The translations under genes were made by a program, and so were the position numbers. Under the pieces are notes generated by a model that had not been told where the DNA came from, did no database searches, and was given only the letters and a program-made list of their open reading frames with translations. Below are positions 13,684 through 27,914 of a stretch of 64,000 bases of DNA, in pieces. Within the stretch, counting starts at the first letter, position 1, and each line of letters opens with the position of its first letter. Source of the stretch: the human T2T-CHM13v2.0 reference genome, Homo sapiens; the NCBI RefSeq assembly GCF_009914755.1, contig NC_060930.1; one strand, written 5' to 3'.

Positions 13684-14499
13684 TTCCCCCCACTAAATAT
13701 ACAACTTGTGTAAACAAAAGGGAGGAAGAAAGAATTTACCTACTTTTAAATAACCCAGAAACTTAAAAGGCAAAACAAAGCATAATATATAACAGTTTCC
13801 TTTCATTTTCTCCTTTTATTTGTAAATAATACTTTGGAGTTTCAAATTTATTTATGCCATTTTATTTCTTCAAATAAAATATACAGAACTTTATCTAGAA
13901 TCATTGGCTTTAAATGATTAATCCCAAATTACTAAGAGAAACTATATCGCTGAAATACCAGATGTTTCAAAAGTCTATTTTATTCATACATTTGTCTAAT
14001 GTGTCTTTGTATATACAGTGCAGGGTATAGTTGGTTCCTTTATTCATAAATGTAGTCATAATTTCTCTACTCAAGTAATTTGTGGAGACCCAATGTTCGG
14101 TGCTAAACCATAGGCTGCTTATAACACAGCCACTAACTTCATGACTATAAAGCCACTAACTTTATAGTCTACTTGGAGAAAATGATGAATAAATAGGCAA
14201 TTACAGTATGGTATGACAGGTGCTCAGAAGCACAAAATCCTATGGCTATATCCACAAGTATCTAACTCAGACTTGTGAGAATCTAGGAAGGCTTACCAGA
14301 GGAAGTGACATTTGAGCTGATATCTGAACTATGAATCAGATTTAGCCAAGCAAATGAGGAAGAATGTTTTCAGTATGTACAGAAACCTGACAGCAACAGA
14401 AACATGGCATCTGGGAACAGGAAAAGTGTAGGTGGGATGAAACAAGGAGTGCAGTGGAGAGAAAAGAAAAAGAGTATGAGAAGGAGAGAAAGAAAAAGA

Positions 14500-14562
14500 G
14501 TATGAGAGAGAGAGAAACAGTGTGTGTGTGTGTGAGAGAAAGTCTGTGTTTTTGTGTGTGTG
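14500..14562. repeat. Compound (GA)n/(GT)n simple repeat within an L2-like region
   Basis: Directly visible. Confidence 0.8.
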
Positions 14563-15329
14563 CGCACATGCATGTACTAATGACCTGTACAGATTCGCAT
14601 TTTATAAAGTTCCCTGTGGACACATTGTGGGGACACTAGCAACAGAACTACAGAAAGGAAAATCTGTTTAGGAGGCTGCTGGAGGAATTCAGTCGAGATG
14701 TCAGTAGAGGTGGAGAAAAGGTCAAGGATTTAGGGAGTAGAATCAAGAGGCTATGGTAACTGGAATTTGAGAGTAGGATAAGGCAGAAGGAATCAAAGAT
14801 GACTCTTATTTTTGGCTTAGGCAACTGGACGGATGATAATGTCACTCAAAGAAAACTGTAAAAGAGGGGCGGGTTGACTTCTGTTTTGCATTTATACAAT
14901 TTTACATGTCTATAGAATTTCTAAATGGATATTTAAATGAAACACATACAGATATGGAGCTTAAGAAAGAGATCTGAGCTAGAGAAGAAGACAGATTTGC
15001 CAGTATGAGCAACAATTGGGTAAGATTTCTCAGGGAAAATATCCAATACCCAATACAAGAGAAGGGACCTAGGCAAGAATCCTGAGCCGATATTTAAGAG
15101 AGGCACTAAATATTTTGATTTATGTGAAATGTGACAGACAGAGCCCTGAGAGGGCTACCAGGCAAGAAAGGGAAGCTAATAGTGAAAATTTGATAATATA
15201 AACATATTAGCCATGGAACCAGTGTTCCAAGGATCCAGTGGAAATATAAGAGATAGGCAAGTAACGAGAGGCTGGATCAGAGATTGGTGGCAGGATGTAG
15301 ATAAAAGTATATAGGACTGAAAAGAGGCA

Positions 15330-16900
<1,571 letters not shown>

Positions 16901-16908
16901 GAGGGGGT

Positions 16909-17240
16909 ATGATACTATGATATAAGAAGAAATATATATTTGGTCTTTGTCCCTCTTCCTGGTACACAGCTCCTAAAACGTTTGGATTCTTTTAAGTGTT
17001 AAGTGTTTACATGTGTACCAATGAGATGACTGGTAGCTGGGGGCTCCTGGATAGCCTCAGGTAGGGCAGAAGTGCAGGGAGCCTAGGGACTCCATTTGTG
17101 GCTGGTGTCTGAAGTGAGCAGTACTATCGGACAGAACCCTTACCCTGTAGGGTATACATTAGTAGTAGTTAGTGTCAGAATTGAATTCAATTGTAGAACA
17201 CCCACAGTTGATGTCAGAAAACCGAGAATTTGTTACTGTA
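16909..17240 (+). mobile_element. MER21-like LTR fragment
   Basis: Start tatgatactatgat..aaatatatatttggtctttgtccc..cttcctggtacacagctcctaaaac resembles the MER21 5' end; gtgtcagaattgaatt..gaacaccca resembles its 3' part. Confidence 0.6.
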
Positions 17241-17438
17241 AAACTGATGCACAGGATGTCTTTTTCAAATTGGGTGGCCTCTAAGAAGGCTTTCAACTGA
17301 GTCTAGCTGAAAATTTGATGGATTTAAATCTTACTTTCTCCTTATAAACTATTTTCTTTCTCCTTATAAACAATGAAGATATGTATAATGTCCTCACATC
17401 TCCCCTTTATGGAACGGAACTAGAAGGGAATCAATTAA

Positions 17439-17568
17439 CCCATTTATGCCAGAGGTTGCAATTTTTTGTGTGTGAAAAATCAGACTTTGGTGATGACCCT
17501 GAGCAGTAGGATATAAATAACTCCCACAAGCTTAGCAGCCCAATAATGGAACACTAGGCATAAATGGG
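17439..17568 (-). mobile_element. MER85 piggyBac (PGBD3-derived) MITE, complete
   Basis: TTAA TSDs at 17435-17438 and 17569-17572; TIRs cccatttatgcc / ggcataaatggg; internal sequence matches the recalled MER85 consensus in reverse. Confidence 0.93.
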
Positions 17569-18261
17569 TTAAGGGCCAACTTCCAAACTGAACAACAGTA
17601 GTTTGATGATTAATATGATTCTTTTATGATTAATATGTCAGAAATCTGATGAAATGTTGTATCCAAAGTTCATAAGCAATTTAATCTGCAATTATTGTTA
17701 TAGAAAGTAAATCAACAATTCCCTTGATTTTCAATAACTATGAAACTATATGGGTACTGCTCAAAGGCACACACCATGGTACAACTATTTCTAAAAAGCT
17801 CAGTCTTAAAAAACAAAGCTTCTAACAGTAGTTTCAAGCACAAATCTCCAAGAAAATGTGCACCTTTCAGACTAAACGTCATAAAAATAATTAGTGTTAT
17901 TAACCTTAGTGAAAAATAAAATTCTGGCTTGTAAAACAAACACTTTTTAGTTTCAGATAATTTAGCCAGAATGGTCACACACATTAATTTTTGTGGTATT
18001 TTAATTGAAAGGTAAATAAACCAAAGTCTCAAAAAAAAAATTCTGATTATGACATGAAAATTCATCTCAATTTAAAGCAATATCAAAAGTTAATCAAAAC
18101 AAACTTACTGTCTGGTCAAATTTGTACATAAATACCTAAATGCTCCTTCAAATGCAAATAAATAAAATATTATTGGTAATTAACATTATATGCAAGTCTA
18201 GTAAATTATTCAACCATATTTTATGGTAGCTGAATACTAAAGGACCTTAAGCTTTTACCTG

Positions 18262-18397
18262 TCTAAAAGAAAGTTGAAAAGACAATGCACAGAATGAAAA
18301 AAAAGTTGTGAATCATATATTTCATAAGGGACTTGTATCTAGAACAAACAACTCTTTCAACTCAATAATAAAAAGACAATAAAATTTTAAAATGGAC
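18262..18397 (+). mobile_element. Older L1M (L1MB/ME-like) ORF2 3' fragment, left half of an element split by the L1MA
   Basis: ..gaatgaaaaaaaagttgtgaatcatatatttcataagggacttgtatctagaac..ctcaataataaaaagac..aaaatggaca; continues colinearly at ~27920 (aaatgggcaaaggatgtgaat). Confidence 0.7.
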
Positions 18398-20137
18398 AGA
18401 GACTTCTGGTTGTAAAACGGTGGTACAGAAGTAACCTGGCTTCACTCACTGCCACAGGAAACCAAAACCACAAATACAGTGCTGACACGATCATGAGCAA
18501 TATCCCGAACTCAAATATGAGGAGACAGTTCCCAAGGCCACAAAGAAGTGAAAAAACTCTGAGCAAAAGAAAGCAAATTAGACTTTCATAATCACAGTGC
18601 CCCTCCCCTCAATCTGTCCAGCACCAAGCATGCAGAAAACTTTCCCAACTCAGAGTTGCTACACTGGAAAAAGTATAACTGAGGTGGACAACTGGCTTCT
18701 CCACCATCTTGGGTTTGTTGGCAAGAGACCTATCCCTGTCCTAATAACTGGGAGCAGTGGAAATACCTAAGGGAGAAATAATCCCTGAAAACCACCAGAA
18801 ATAAAGAGAAGAGGTCGGAGGTGGGACTACCATCCCTAGTCCTGGAAACTCTGCTATGTAACTCAGCCAAAAGAGATGCCAAGTTGGAGTGGCTGTTCAG
18901 CAGCACCACACTGTTAAGAGGTTCATTTCACAGGTTCATTGGACATGAACCTCTACCCAGAGGTTAGGTGCTGAAAAGGAGGCAGCAACCTAGCAGATTT
19001 AAGAAAAAAAAAAAAAGAAAGAAAATTAACAGGTAAACTTCAAAGAATCTCTAAGCAAGCATATTCGATAAAAACCAAAACAAGCCAGATAGAGAAGACT
19101 AGAATAAATAACTAATCCTTGAATGCAAAGACACAGATGTATATCCACAACAAACAACAGAAAACAGGGAACCATGACCTCAAACAGACAAAGCAAGGAA
19201 CCAGTGACTGACCCTAAGAAGACAGTGACATGAGCTTTCTGATCAAGAATTCAAAATACCAGGTATAAGGAAATTCAGTAACTTTTACAAGGCAAAGCAG
19301 AAAAGTAATTAAGAAATTTATTAGAGAAATTTAGCAAGGAGATCAAAATAATACAAAAAAAACCAAACAGAAATCGAAATTGAGAAATACATTTGGTGAA
19401 CAGAAAAATTCATTAGATACTCTCAATAGCACAATGGAAACTAAATAACCTACAAGACAACACAGAAAAGTAATACAGAAATTTATTAGAGAAATTTAAC
19501 AAGAAGAGTGAAATAATACAAAGAAAACAAACAGAAATCAAAACTGAGAAATACATTTGGTGAACTGAAAAATTCATTAAAGTCTCTCAATAGCAGGATA
19601 TATGAAACAAAAAAAAGTCAGTGAGCTCAAAGACAGGCTATTTGAAAATACATGAGGAGAAAAAAGAAAAAAACCAATGGAAAGGAATGAAGGCTGCCTT
19701 TAAGATACAGAAAATTACCTCTAAAGACAAAATCTAAGAAATTTATTGGTATTTAAGAGTGAGGGCTCTTGTTAAGCAAGGGAAAGGGGCAAAAAGCTTA
19801 TTTCAAGAAATAACAGAAAAAAATCCCAAAAACTTGAGAAAAAGATAAATATCCAGGTACAGGAATAAAGGTAAGACAACACCAAATAGATTTGATGCAA
19901 ATAAGACTACTCCCAAGTTATATAATAATGAAACACTCAAAGGTCAAGGACAAAGAAAGCAGCAAGAGAAAAGAAGTAAATGATGTATACAAGTGCTCCA
20001 ACTTGTCTGGCAACAGACATCTTAAGAGAAACTATAAAGGCCAGGAAAGAGTGGAATGCCATCTTCAACGTGCTTTAAAAAAATGCCATCTAAGAATAAA
20101 GTATTGAGCAATGCTATCCTTCAAATATAAAAAAGAG

Positions 20138-20296
20138 GGTTTTTGGTTTGTCTTTTTATTTTTTAAATCTTCTTTTGTAGTGATGGGAATCATGCTATGT
20201 TGACCATGCTGGTTTTGAACTCCTGGACTCAAGCAATCCTCCCATCTCTGCCTCCCAAAGTGCTAGGATTATAGGTGTGAGCCATTGTGCCCAGTC
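20138..20296 (-). mobile_element. FLAM/Alu left monomer inside L1 ORF1
   Basis: tttgtagtgatggg..gaactcctggactcaagcaatcctccc..cctcccaaagtgctaggattataggtgtgagcc. Confidence 0.85.
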
Positions 20297-20680
20297 AAAT
20301 ACATAGTCTTTCCCAGACAAACTTAAGCTAAGAGAATTCACCACCACCAGAACCACCTTACAAAAAAATGCACATGGGAGTTCTTCCACCAGACAGAAAA
20401 AAACACTAACTTACAAAAAGAAAGCTTGTAAAGGTATAAAACCCACTGGTAAAATTAAGTACACAAACAAACCAGAATACTCTATTACTGCAATTTGTAG
20501 TGTACAATCCATTTGTAACTCTGTTTGGTATGAAGTCCAAAAGACAAATCTACCAAAAACAGTAATACTTATAGCAACCCATTAAGAGATAGGCAATATA
20601 AAAACATAAAAATTAACACAACATAGTGTCAAAATGTGGGGGGCGGGGTGGGGTGGAGTTATAGGAAAGAGGGTTTTTTA

Positions 20681-22949
20681 GCTTCTCGAGAGGGGCCTCG
20701 CGGGCCCCGCTCCCGCCCTCGGCTCGCCTGGCCCAGACCGGAAGCAGCGCCGCACTGCCTGGGCCTGGCGCGGGGGGTGAGCACAGGGGCCCGGTCGGAC
20801 ATGGACAAGAAGCACAAGCACAAGAAGCTCAAGTCGGACAAACACCTCTACCAGGAGTATGTAGAGAAGCCCTTGAAGCTGGTCCTCAAAGCAGGAGGGA
20901 ATGAAGTCACCGAACTCTCCGTGGGCAGCTCGGGGCACAACTCCAGCCTCTTCGAAGACAAAAAACAATCATGACAAACAAAAGGACAGAAAGTGGAAAA
21001 AGAGAAAGAAAGGAGACAAGCAGGTTCCAGGGGAAGAAAAGGGGAGAAAACAGATAAGAGTTAAGGAGGATAAAAAGAAGCGAGATTGAGACGGGGTGGA
21101 GAATGAGGCAGAAAAAGACCTCCAGTGTCACGCCCCTGTGGGATTAGACTTGCCCGGTGAGAAGCCTCTCACAAGCACTTTAGCCAAACAAGAAGAAGTA
21201 GAACAGATACCCCACCCCTTCAAGAAGCTTTGAATCAACTGGCGAGACAATTGCAGAGAAAAGATCCAAGTGCTTTCTTTCATTTCCTGTGACTGATTTT
21301 ACTGCTCCTGGCTACTCCATGATCATTAAACACCCAATGGATTTTAAATGAAAGAAAAGATCAAGAACAATGACTACCAGTCCATAGAAAAACTAAAGGA
21401 TATTTTCAAACTAATGTGTACTAATGCCATGATTTACAATAAACCAGAGACCATTTATTATAAAGCTGCAAAGAAGCGGTTGCACTCGGGGATGAAAATT
21501 CTTAGACATGAAAGAATTCAGAGCCTGAAGCAGAGCATAGACTTCATGGCTGACTTGCAGAAAACTCAAAAGCAGGAAGACAGAACAGACACCTCGCAGA
21601 GTGGGGAGGACAGAGGCTGCTGGCCGAGAAGAGAGAGGACTCTGGAGATGCCAAAGCACACGCCTTCAAGAGTCCCAGCAAAGAAAATAAAAAGAAAGAC
21701 AAAGACATGCTTGAAGATAAGTTTAAAAGCAATAATTTAGAGAGAGCGCAGGAGCAGCTTGACCGCATCGTGAAGGAATCTGGAGGAAAGCTGACCAGGC
21801 GGCTTGTGAACAGTCAGTGCAAATTGGAAAGAAGAAAACCAGACGGAACAACAATGTTGGGACTTCTCCATCCTGTGGATCTCATTGTAGGAGAGCCAGG
21901 CTACTGCCCTGTGAGACTGGGAATGACAACTGGAAGACTTCAGTCTGGTGTGAATACTTTGCAGGGGTTCAAAGAGGACAAAAGAACAAAGTCACTCCAG
22001 TGTTATATTTGAATTATGGGCCCTACAGTTCTTATGCACCGCATTATGACTCCACATATGCAAATATCAACAAGAATGATTCTGATTTAATCTATTCAAC
22101 CTATGGGGAAGACACAGATCTTCCAAGCGATCTCAGCAGCCATGAGTTTTTGGCCACGTGCCAAGATTATCCATCTGTGATGGCAGATAGTTTACTGGAT
22201 GTTTTAACAAAAGGAGGGCATTCCAGGACCCTACAAGAGATTTAGATGTCACTGCCTGAAGATGGAAGGCCATACTAGGACACCTGACACAGCAAAAGAA
22301 ATGGAGATTACAGAAGTAGAGCCACCAGGATGTCTGGACTCCAATACTTCAAGACAGGCTCATAGCGCTGAAAGCAGTAACAAACTTTGGCGTTCCGGTT
22401 AAAGTTTTTGATTCTGAGGAAGCTGAAATATTCCAGAAGAAACTTGATGAGACCACCAGATTGCTCAGGGAGCTAGCTCCAGGAAGCCCAGAATGAATGT
22501 TTCAACACCAGACCCCCTCCCAACATGATCTGTCTCTTGGGTCCCTCATACAGAGAAATGCATCTCACTGAACAAGTGACCAATAATCTTAAAGAACTTG
22601 CACAGCAAGTAACTACAGGTGATATCATAAGCACATACGGAGTTTGAAAAGCAATGGGGATTTCCATTCCTTCCCCCGTCATGGAAAACAACTCTGTGGA
22701 TTTGACAGAAGATACTGAAGAACCTAAAAAGACGAATGTTGCTGAATGTGGACCTGGTGGAAGTTGAGGCCACCTGTATTTGATTATATATTATGTACAT
22801 ACTTTTTCATTCTTAACTTAGAAACGCTTTTTAGAATATATTAAATATTTGTAAATTGTGTTTTTAATTAAACTTTGCAACAGTGAATTTGAATGTTCCA
22901 GAGGTTGGACTTGTATTAGGTAATAAAGCGGGACCTGAGGAAAAAAAAA
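20681..22949 (+). pseudogene. BRD7P4: Full-length processed pseudogene of BRD7 (bromodomain-containing 7), antisense to REV3L; probably BRD7P4
   Basis: Intronless copy with GC-rich 5'UTR, ATG 20801 (MDKKHKHKKLKSDKHLYQEYVEKPLKLVLK), bromodomain (..MCTNAMIYNKPETIYYKAAKK), C-terminus ..ECGPGGS-TGA (22765-22767), AATAAA 22922-22927 and A-tail 22941-22949. TSD aaagagggttttt(t)a at 20666-20680 / 22947-22960. Many frameshifts and stops (e.g. TGA 21087, TAG 22243). The pseudogene number is from recall. Confidence 0.95.
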
Positions 22950-25314
22950 GAGGGTTTTTAAAAAAAATTTCTATTCTTTGTTTTGTAATTAAGATGTTTT
23001 TGTAGTCTCATGGTTACCACAATGCAAAAACCTATAACAGATTCACTATAACTAAAAAGCAATGAATTAAAACATACTACCAGAGAAAATCTCTTAATCA
23101 CAAAGGAAGACAGTAAGAAAAAGAAAAAAGGAAGGAGTTCTAAAACAACAGAAAACAAGCAATGAAATGACAGTAGTAAGTTTACTTGGCAACAGTAACA
23201 CTGAATGCAAATGGACTCAATTCTCTAATTACAAGGCAGAATGAATTCTGTCTAAACAGATAAAGAAGCAAGAGTTAAACTATATGCTGCCTATAAGAAA
23301 CTTACTTCGCCTATAAAGCCACACACAGACTGAAAGTGAAAGGCTGAAAAAAGATATTCCATGCAACTGGAAACAAAAGCAGGAGTAGCTATATTTGTAT
23401 CAGATAAAACAGACTATCAAGACTGTAAAAAGAAACAAAGAGGGTCACTATGTATTGATAAAAGGGTCAATTCAGCAAGAGGATATAACAATTATAAATA
23501 TCTATGCATGCAACACCAGAGCATCTGAGTGCATAAAGCAAATAATACATTTAAAAGGAGAGACAGACTGCAATACAGTAATAGTAGGGGACTTCAACAC
23601 CCCATTTTCAGTAATGGACAGAACATCCAGACAGAAAATCAAGAAAGAACACTGGAGTTAAGCTACACAGTACACAAACAGGCCTAATCAACATTTATGG
23701 AACATTTTACCCATGGCTGCAGAAAACACATTCTTTTCATCAGCATATGGAACATTCTCCGAAACAAATCATATCTGAGACAAAAAACAAGTCTCACCAA
23801 ATTTAAGTAAGTAGAAATCATACCAAGTATCTTCTCTGGCCACAATGGAATAAAACTAGAAATTAATAACAAAAGGAAGCTTAAAAATACACAAACACAT
23901 GAAAATTAAACAACATTCTCCTGAATGACCAATGGGTCAATAAAGAAATTAAGAAGGAAATTTAAAAATTTCTTGAAACCAAAGGAAATGAAAACACAAC
24001 ATACCCAAACCTATGGGATACAGCAAAAGTGGTACTAAGAAGGAAGTTTATAACAATAAACACCTATGTCAAAAAGTAGAAAGACTTCAAATAAACAACC
24101 TAATGGTATACCTGAAGGAACTAGAAAAAGAACAAAACAAACCCAAAATTAGTGGAAGGAAATAAATAGTAGCGATCAAATCAGAAATAAATGAAATTGA
24201 GACTAAAAACCAATACAGAAGATCAACAAAATGAAAGGTTGTTTTTTTTAAAAAGACAAACAAAATTAACTAACAAACCTTTAGCTAGGCTGGAAAAAAG
24301 AGAGAAGATCCAAACAAATAAAACCAGAAACAAAAGAGGAGATAAAACAACTGAGACCACAGAAATACAAAGAGACTATTATGAAGAGGCTAATATATGA
24401 GAGACTGTTATGAAGAACTATACACCAACAAATTGGAAAACCTAGAAGAAATGGATAATTTCCTGGACACAGCCTACCAAGGTTGAATCAAGGAGAAAGA
24501 GAAACCTTAATACACCAATAATGAGTAAGGAGACTGAAGCCATAACAGTCTCCCATCAAAGAAGAGCCCAGGACCTAATGGCTTCATTCCTAAATTCCAT
24601 CAAACATATAAAGAACTAATACCAATTCTACTCAAACTCTTCAAACAAAATTGAAGCAGAAGGAATACTTTCAAACTCATTCTATGAGACCAGCATTACC
24701 CTGATACCAAAACCAGACAAGGACACAACCAAAAAAAGAAGACTACAGGCCAACATCCCTGATGAACACAGATGCAAAAATCCTCAACAAAATTCTAGCA
24801 AACCAAATTCAACATCACATTAGAAAGATCATTCACCACGATCAAGTGGAATTCATCCCAGGGATGCAGATTGTTCAACATAAGCAAATCAGTGAACATG
24901 ATACATCAAATTAACATAATCATGAACAAAAAAGCCTATTATTGTTTCAACAGATGCTGGAAAAGCATTAAATAAAATTCAACATCACTTCATGATAAAA
25001 ACCCTCAACAAAGGAACATCCCTCAAAATAATAAAGAATATATATTACAAACCCACACCTAACACTGTACTCAATGTGGAAATATTAAAAGCCTTTCCTC
25101 TAAGATCTGGAGCAAGACCAGGATGCCCACTTTCACCACTTTTATTCAATGTAATACTGGAAGTCCTGTCCAGAGCAATGAGGCAAGAGAGAGAAATAAA
25201 GAGTATCCAAATTGGAAAGGAAGAAGTCAAATTAGCCTTGCTTGCAGATGACATGGTCTTATACTCAGAAAAGCCTGAGGAACTCAACCAAAAAAACTGT
25301 TAAAAATGATTAAT

Positions 25315-25617
25315 GGTCCGGGCGTGGTGGCTCATGCCTGTAATCCCAGCACTTTGGGAGGCCGAAGTGGGCGCATCACCAGGTCAGGAGATCGAGACCA
25401 TCCTGGCTAACATGGTGAAACCACGTCTCTAATAAAAATACAAAAAAAAAAATTAGCTGGGCATGCTGGCGGGCGCCCGTAGTCCCAGCTACTCAGGAGG
25501 CTGAGGCAGGAGAATGGCGTGAACCCGGGAAGCGGAGCTTGCAGTGAGCCAAGATTGTGCCACTGCACTCTAGCCTGGGCGACAGGGCGAGACTCCGTCT
25601 CAAAAAAAAAAAAAAAA
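25315..25617 (+). mobile_element. AluY-like inside L1 ORF2
   Basis: Full dimer with A-tail; L1 resumes colinearly. Confidence 0.95.
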
Positions 25618-25906
25618 TCAATGAATCCAGTAAAGTTGTAGGATACAAAATCAACATACAAAAATCAGTAGCATTTATATACGCCAACAGCAAACAATCT
25701 GAAAAAAAAATCAAGAAAGCAACCCCACTTACAATAACTACAAAGAATAGAAAATATCTAAGAATCAATCCAACCAAAGAAGTAAAATATCTCTACTAGA
25801 AAAAGTATAAAACACTGATGAAAGAAATTAAAGAGGACACAGAAAAATGAAAAGATACTCCATGCTCATGGATTAGAAGAACCAATATTGTTAAAGTAAC
25901 AATTCT

Positions 25907-26207
25907 GGCTAATGTGGTAACTCACGCCTGTATCCCAGCACTTTGGGAGGCCGAGACTGAAGGACTGCCTGAGCCCAGGAGTTCAAGGTAAGCCTGGGCA
26001 ACATGGTGAAACCCTGTCTCTACAAAAAATACAAAAATTAGCTGGACGTGGTAGCACACGCCTATAGTCCCAGCTACTGGGGAGGCTGAAAGGTGGGAGG
26101 ATTGCCTGAGACCAGAAGTCAAGGCTGCAGTGAACTGTATGTAATTGCACCACTGTACTCCAGCCTGTAAGACACAGCAAGATCCTGTCTCAAAACAAAA
26201 CAACAAA
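25907..26207 (+). mobile_element. AluJ-like inside L1 ORF2
   Basis: Diverged dimer; TSD aacaattct. Confidence 0.9.
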
Positions 26208-27914
26208 ACAATTCTACCCAAAGCAATTTACAAAGTCAATGGAATCCCTATCAACGTATAAATGACGTTCTTCACAGAAATAGAAAAAACAATCCTAAAA
26301 TATGTATGGAACCATAAAAGACCCTGAATAGCCAAATCAATCTTGAGCAAAAAGAAAGCTGGAGGCATCACACTACCTGACTTCAGAATATACTACAAAG
26401 CTATAGAAACCAAATCAGCATGCTATTGGCATAAAAACAGACATACAGACCAATGAAACAGAACAGAGAACCTACATATAAATCCAGACATTAACAGCTA
26501 ACTCATTTTCAACAAAGGCATCAAAAACATACAATGGGGAAAAAAACAGTCTCTTCAACAAATGGTGCTGGGAAAACTGAATAACCACATGCAGAACAAT
26601 GAAACTAAAAACAGAACCTCCTTATCTCTCACCATATACAAAAGTCAAAATGGATTGAAGACTTAAATCTAACACCTGAAACTATGAAACTACTAGAAGA
26701 AAACATTGGGGAAATGCTCCAGGACATTGGTCTGTGCAAAGATTTTTTTGGGTAAGACCTCAAAAGCACAGGCAACCAAGCCAAAAATAGACAAAAGGAT
26801 TACATCAAGCTTCTGTTGAGCAAAGGAAACAATCAATGAAGTGATAAAGACAATTCATAAAATGGAAAAAATATTCACACGCTACTCATCTAACATGGGA
26901 TTAACAACCAAAATATATAAGGAGCTCAAACAACTCAATAACAACAAAACAAATAATCTGATTTTTAAATAGGCAAAAGGTCTGAATAGATATTTCTCAA
27001 AAGAAGACATAAAAATGGCCAGACACATGAAAAGATGCTCAACATCACTAACCATCAGAGAAATACAAATCAAAATCATAATGCGATATCATCTCACCCC
27101 AGTTAGAATGGCTTTTATCAAAAAGACAATGAATAATGGATGCTGGTGAGGATGCGGATAAAGGAGAATCCTCGTACACCACTGCTGGGAATGTAAATTA
27201 GTACAGTTACTATGGAAAACTGTGTGGAGGTTCCTCAATCCAACAATTCCACTTTTGAATATAAACCCAAAAGAAAATCAATATACTGAAGATATCTCTG
27301 TACTCCCATGTTTATTGAAGCACTATATTCACAATAACAAAAATTATTAGAATCAATGTAAGTGCCCATCAGTGGATGAATGGATAAAGAAAATATGGTA
27401 TATATACACAATGGAATGTTATTCAGCCATATAAAAAAAATGAAATCCTGTCATTTGCAGCAACGTAAGTGAAACTGGAAGTCATTATATGTTAAGTGAA
27501 AAAAGCCAAGTACAGAAAGACATTATTACATGTTCTCATTCATATGTGGGAGCTAAAAAAGTGGATCTCATGAAGATATAGAGTAGACTGGTAGTTACCA
27601 GAAGCTGAGAAGGGTGGGGGTGCAGGGATGAAGAGAGGTTGATTAAGGGGTACAAATATAGAGTTTGATAGAAGAAACAAGACCTAGTGTTTGGTAGATC
27701 AGCAGGGTGACTATAGTTTACAATAATATGTTGTATATTTCAAAATAGCTAGAAGAGAATAAATCAAATATTTCTAGCATAAAGACAAATATTTAAGATG
27801 AGATGAATATCCCAATTACACTGATTTGATCTTTACAAATTATGTAAATGTAGTAAATTATCACATGTACCCCAAACATATGTACATCTACTATGTCTCA
27901 ATAAAAAATACTAA

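Larger units (their letters stand above)
18398..27908 (+). mobile_element. Near full-length old LINE-1 (L1MA-like 3' end) hosting the BRD7 retrocopy and three Alu/FLAM insertions
   Basis: L1-like 5' start gagacttctggttgtaaaacggtgg; ORF1 remnants ~19100-20460; ORF2 remnants from ATG 23167 (EN: ..GHYVLIKGSIQQEDITIINIYA.., VIVGDFNTP; RT: [27 protein letters not shown]); L1MA-type 3'UTR ending in caataaaaa. Confidence 0.9.

Noticed and set aside
18251-18275. Minus-strand ctttcttttagacag|gtaaaa (and a similar one at 46681-46712) resembling recursive splice sites
   Set aside because: Weak reconstituted donors and tracts; such AG|GT motifs are expected by chance in ~56 kb.
20129-20144. Third copy of aaagagggttttt resembling the BRD7P TSD
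   Set aside because: Formed by the junction of L1 ORF1 with the T-rich tail of an inverted FLAM; low complexity and 500 nt from the insertion.
21348-22245. BRD7-like ORFs of 130, 101 and 142 aa as a possible functional retrogene
   Set aside because: They are separated by multiple frameshifts and stops, and the bromodomain is split by a deletion near 21345; consistent with neutral decay.
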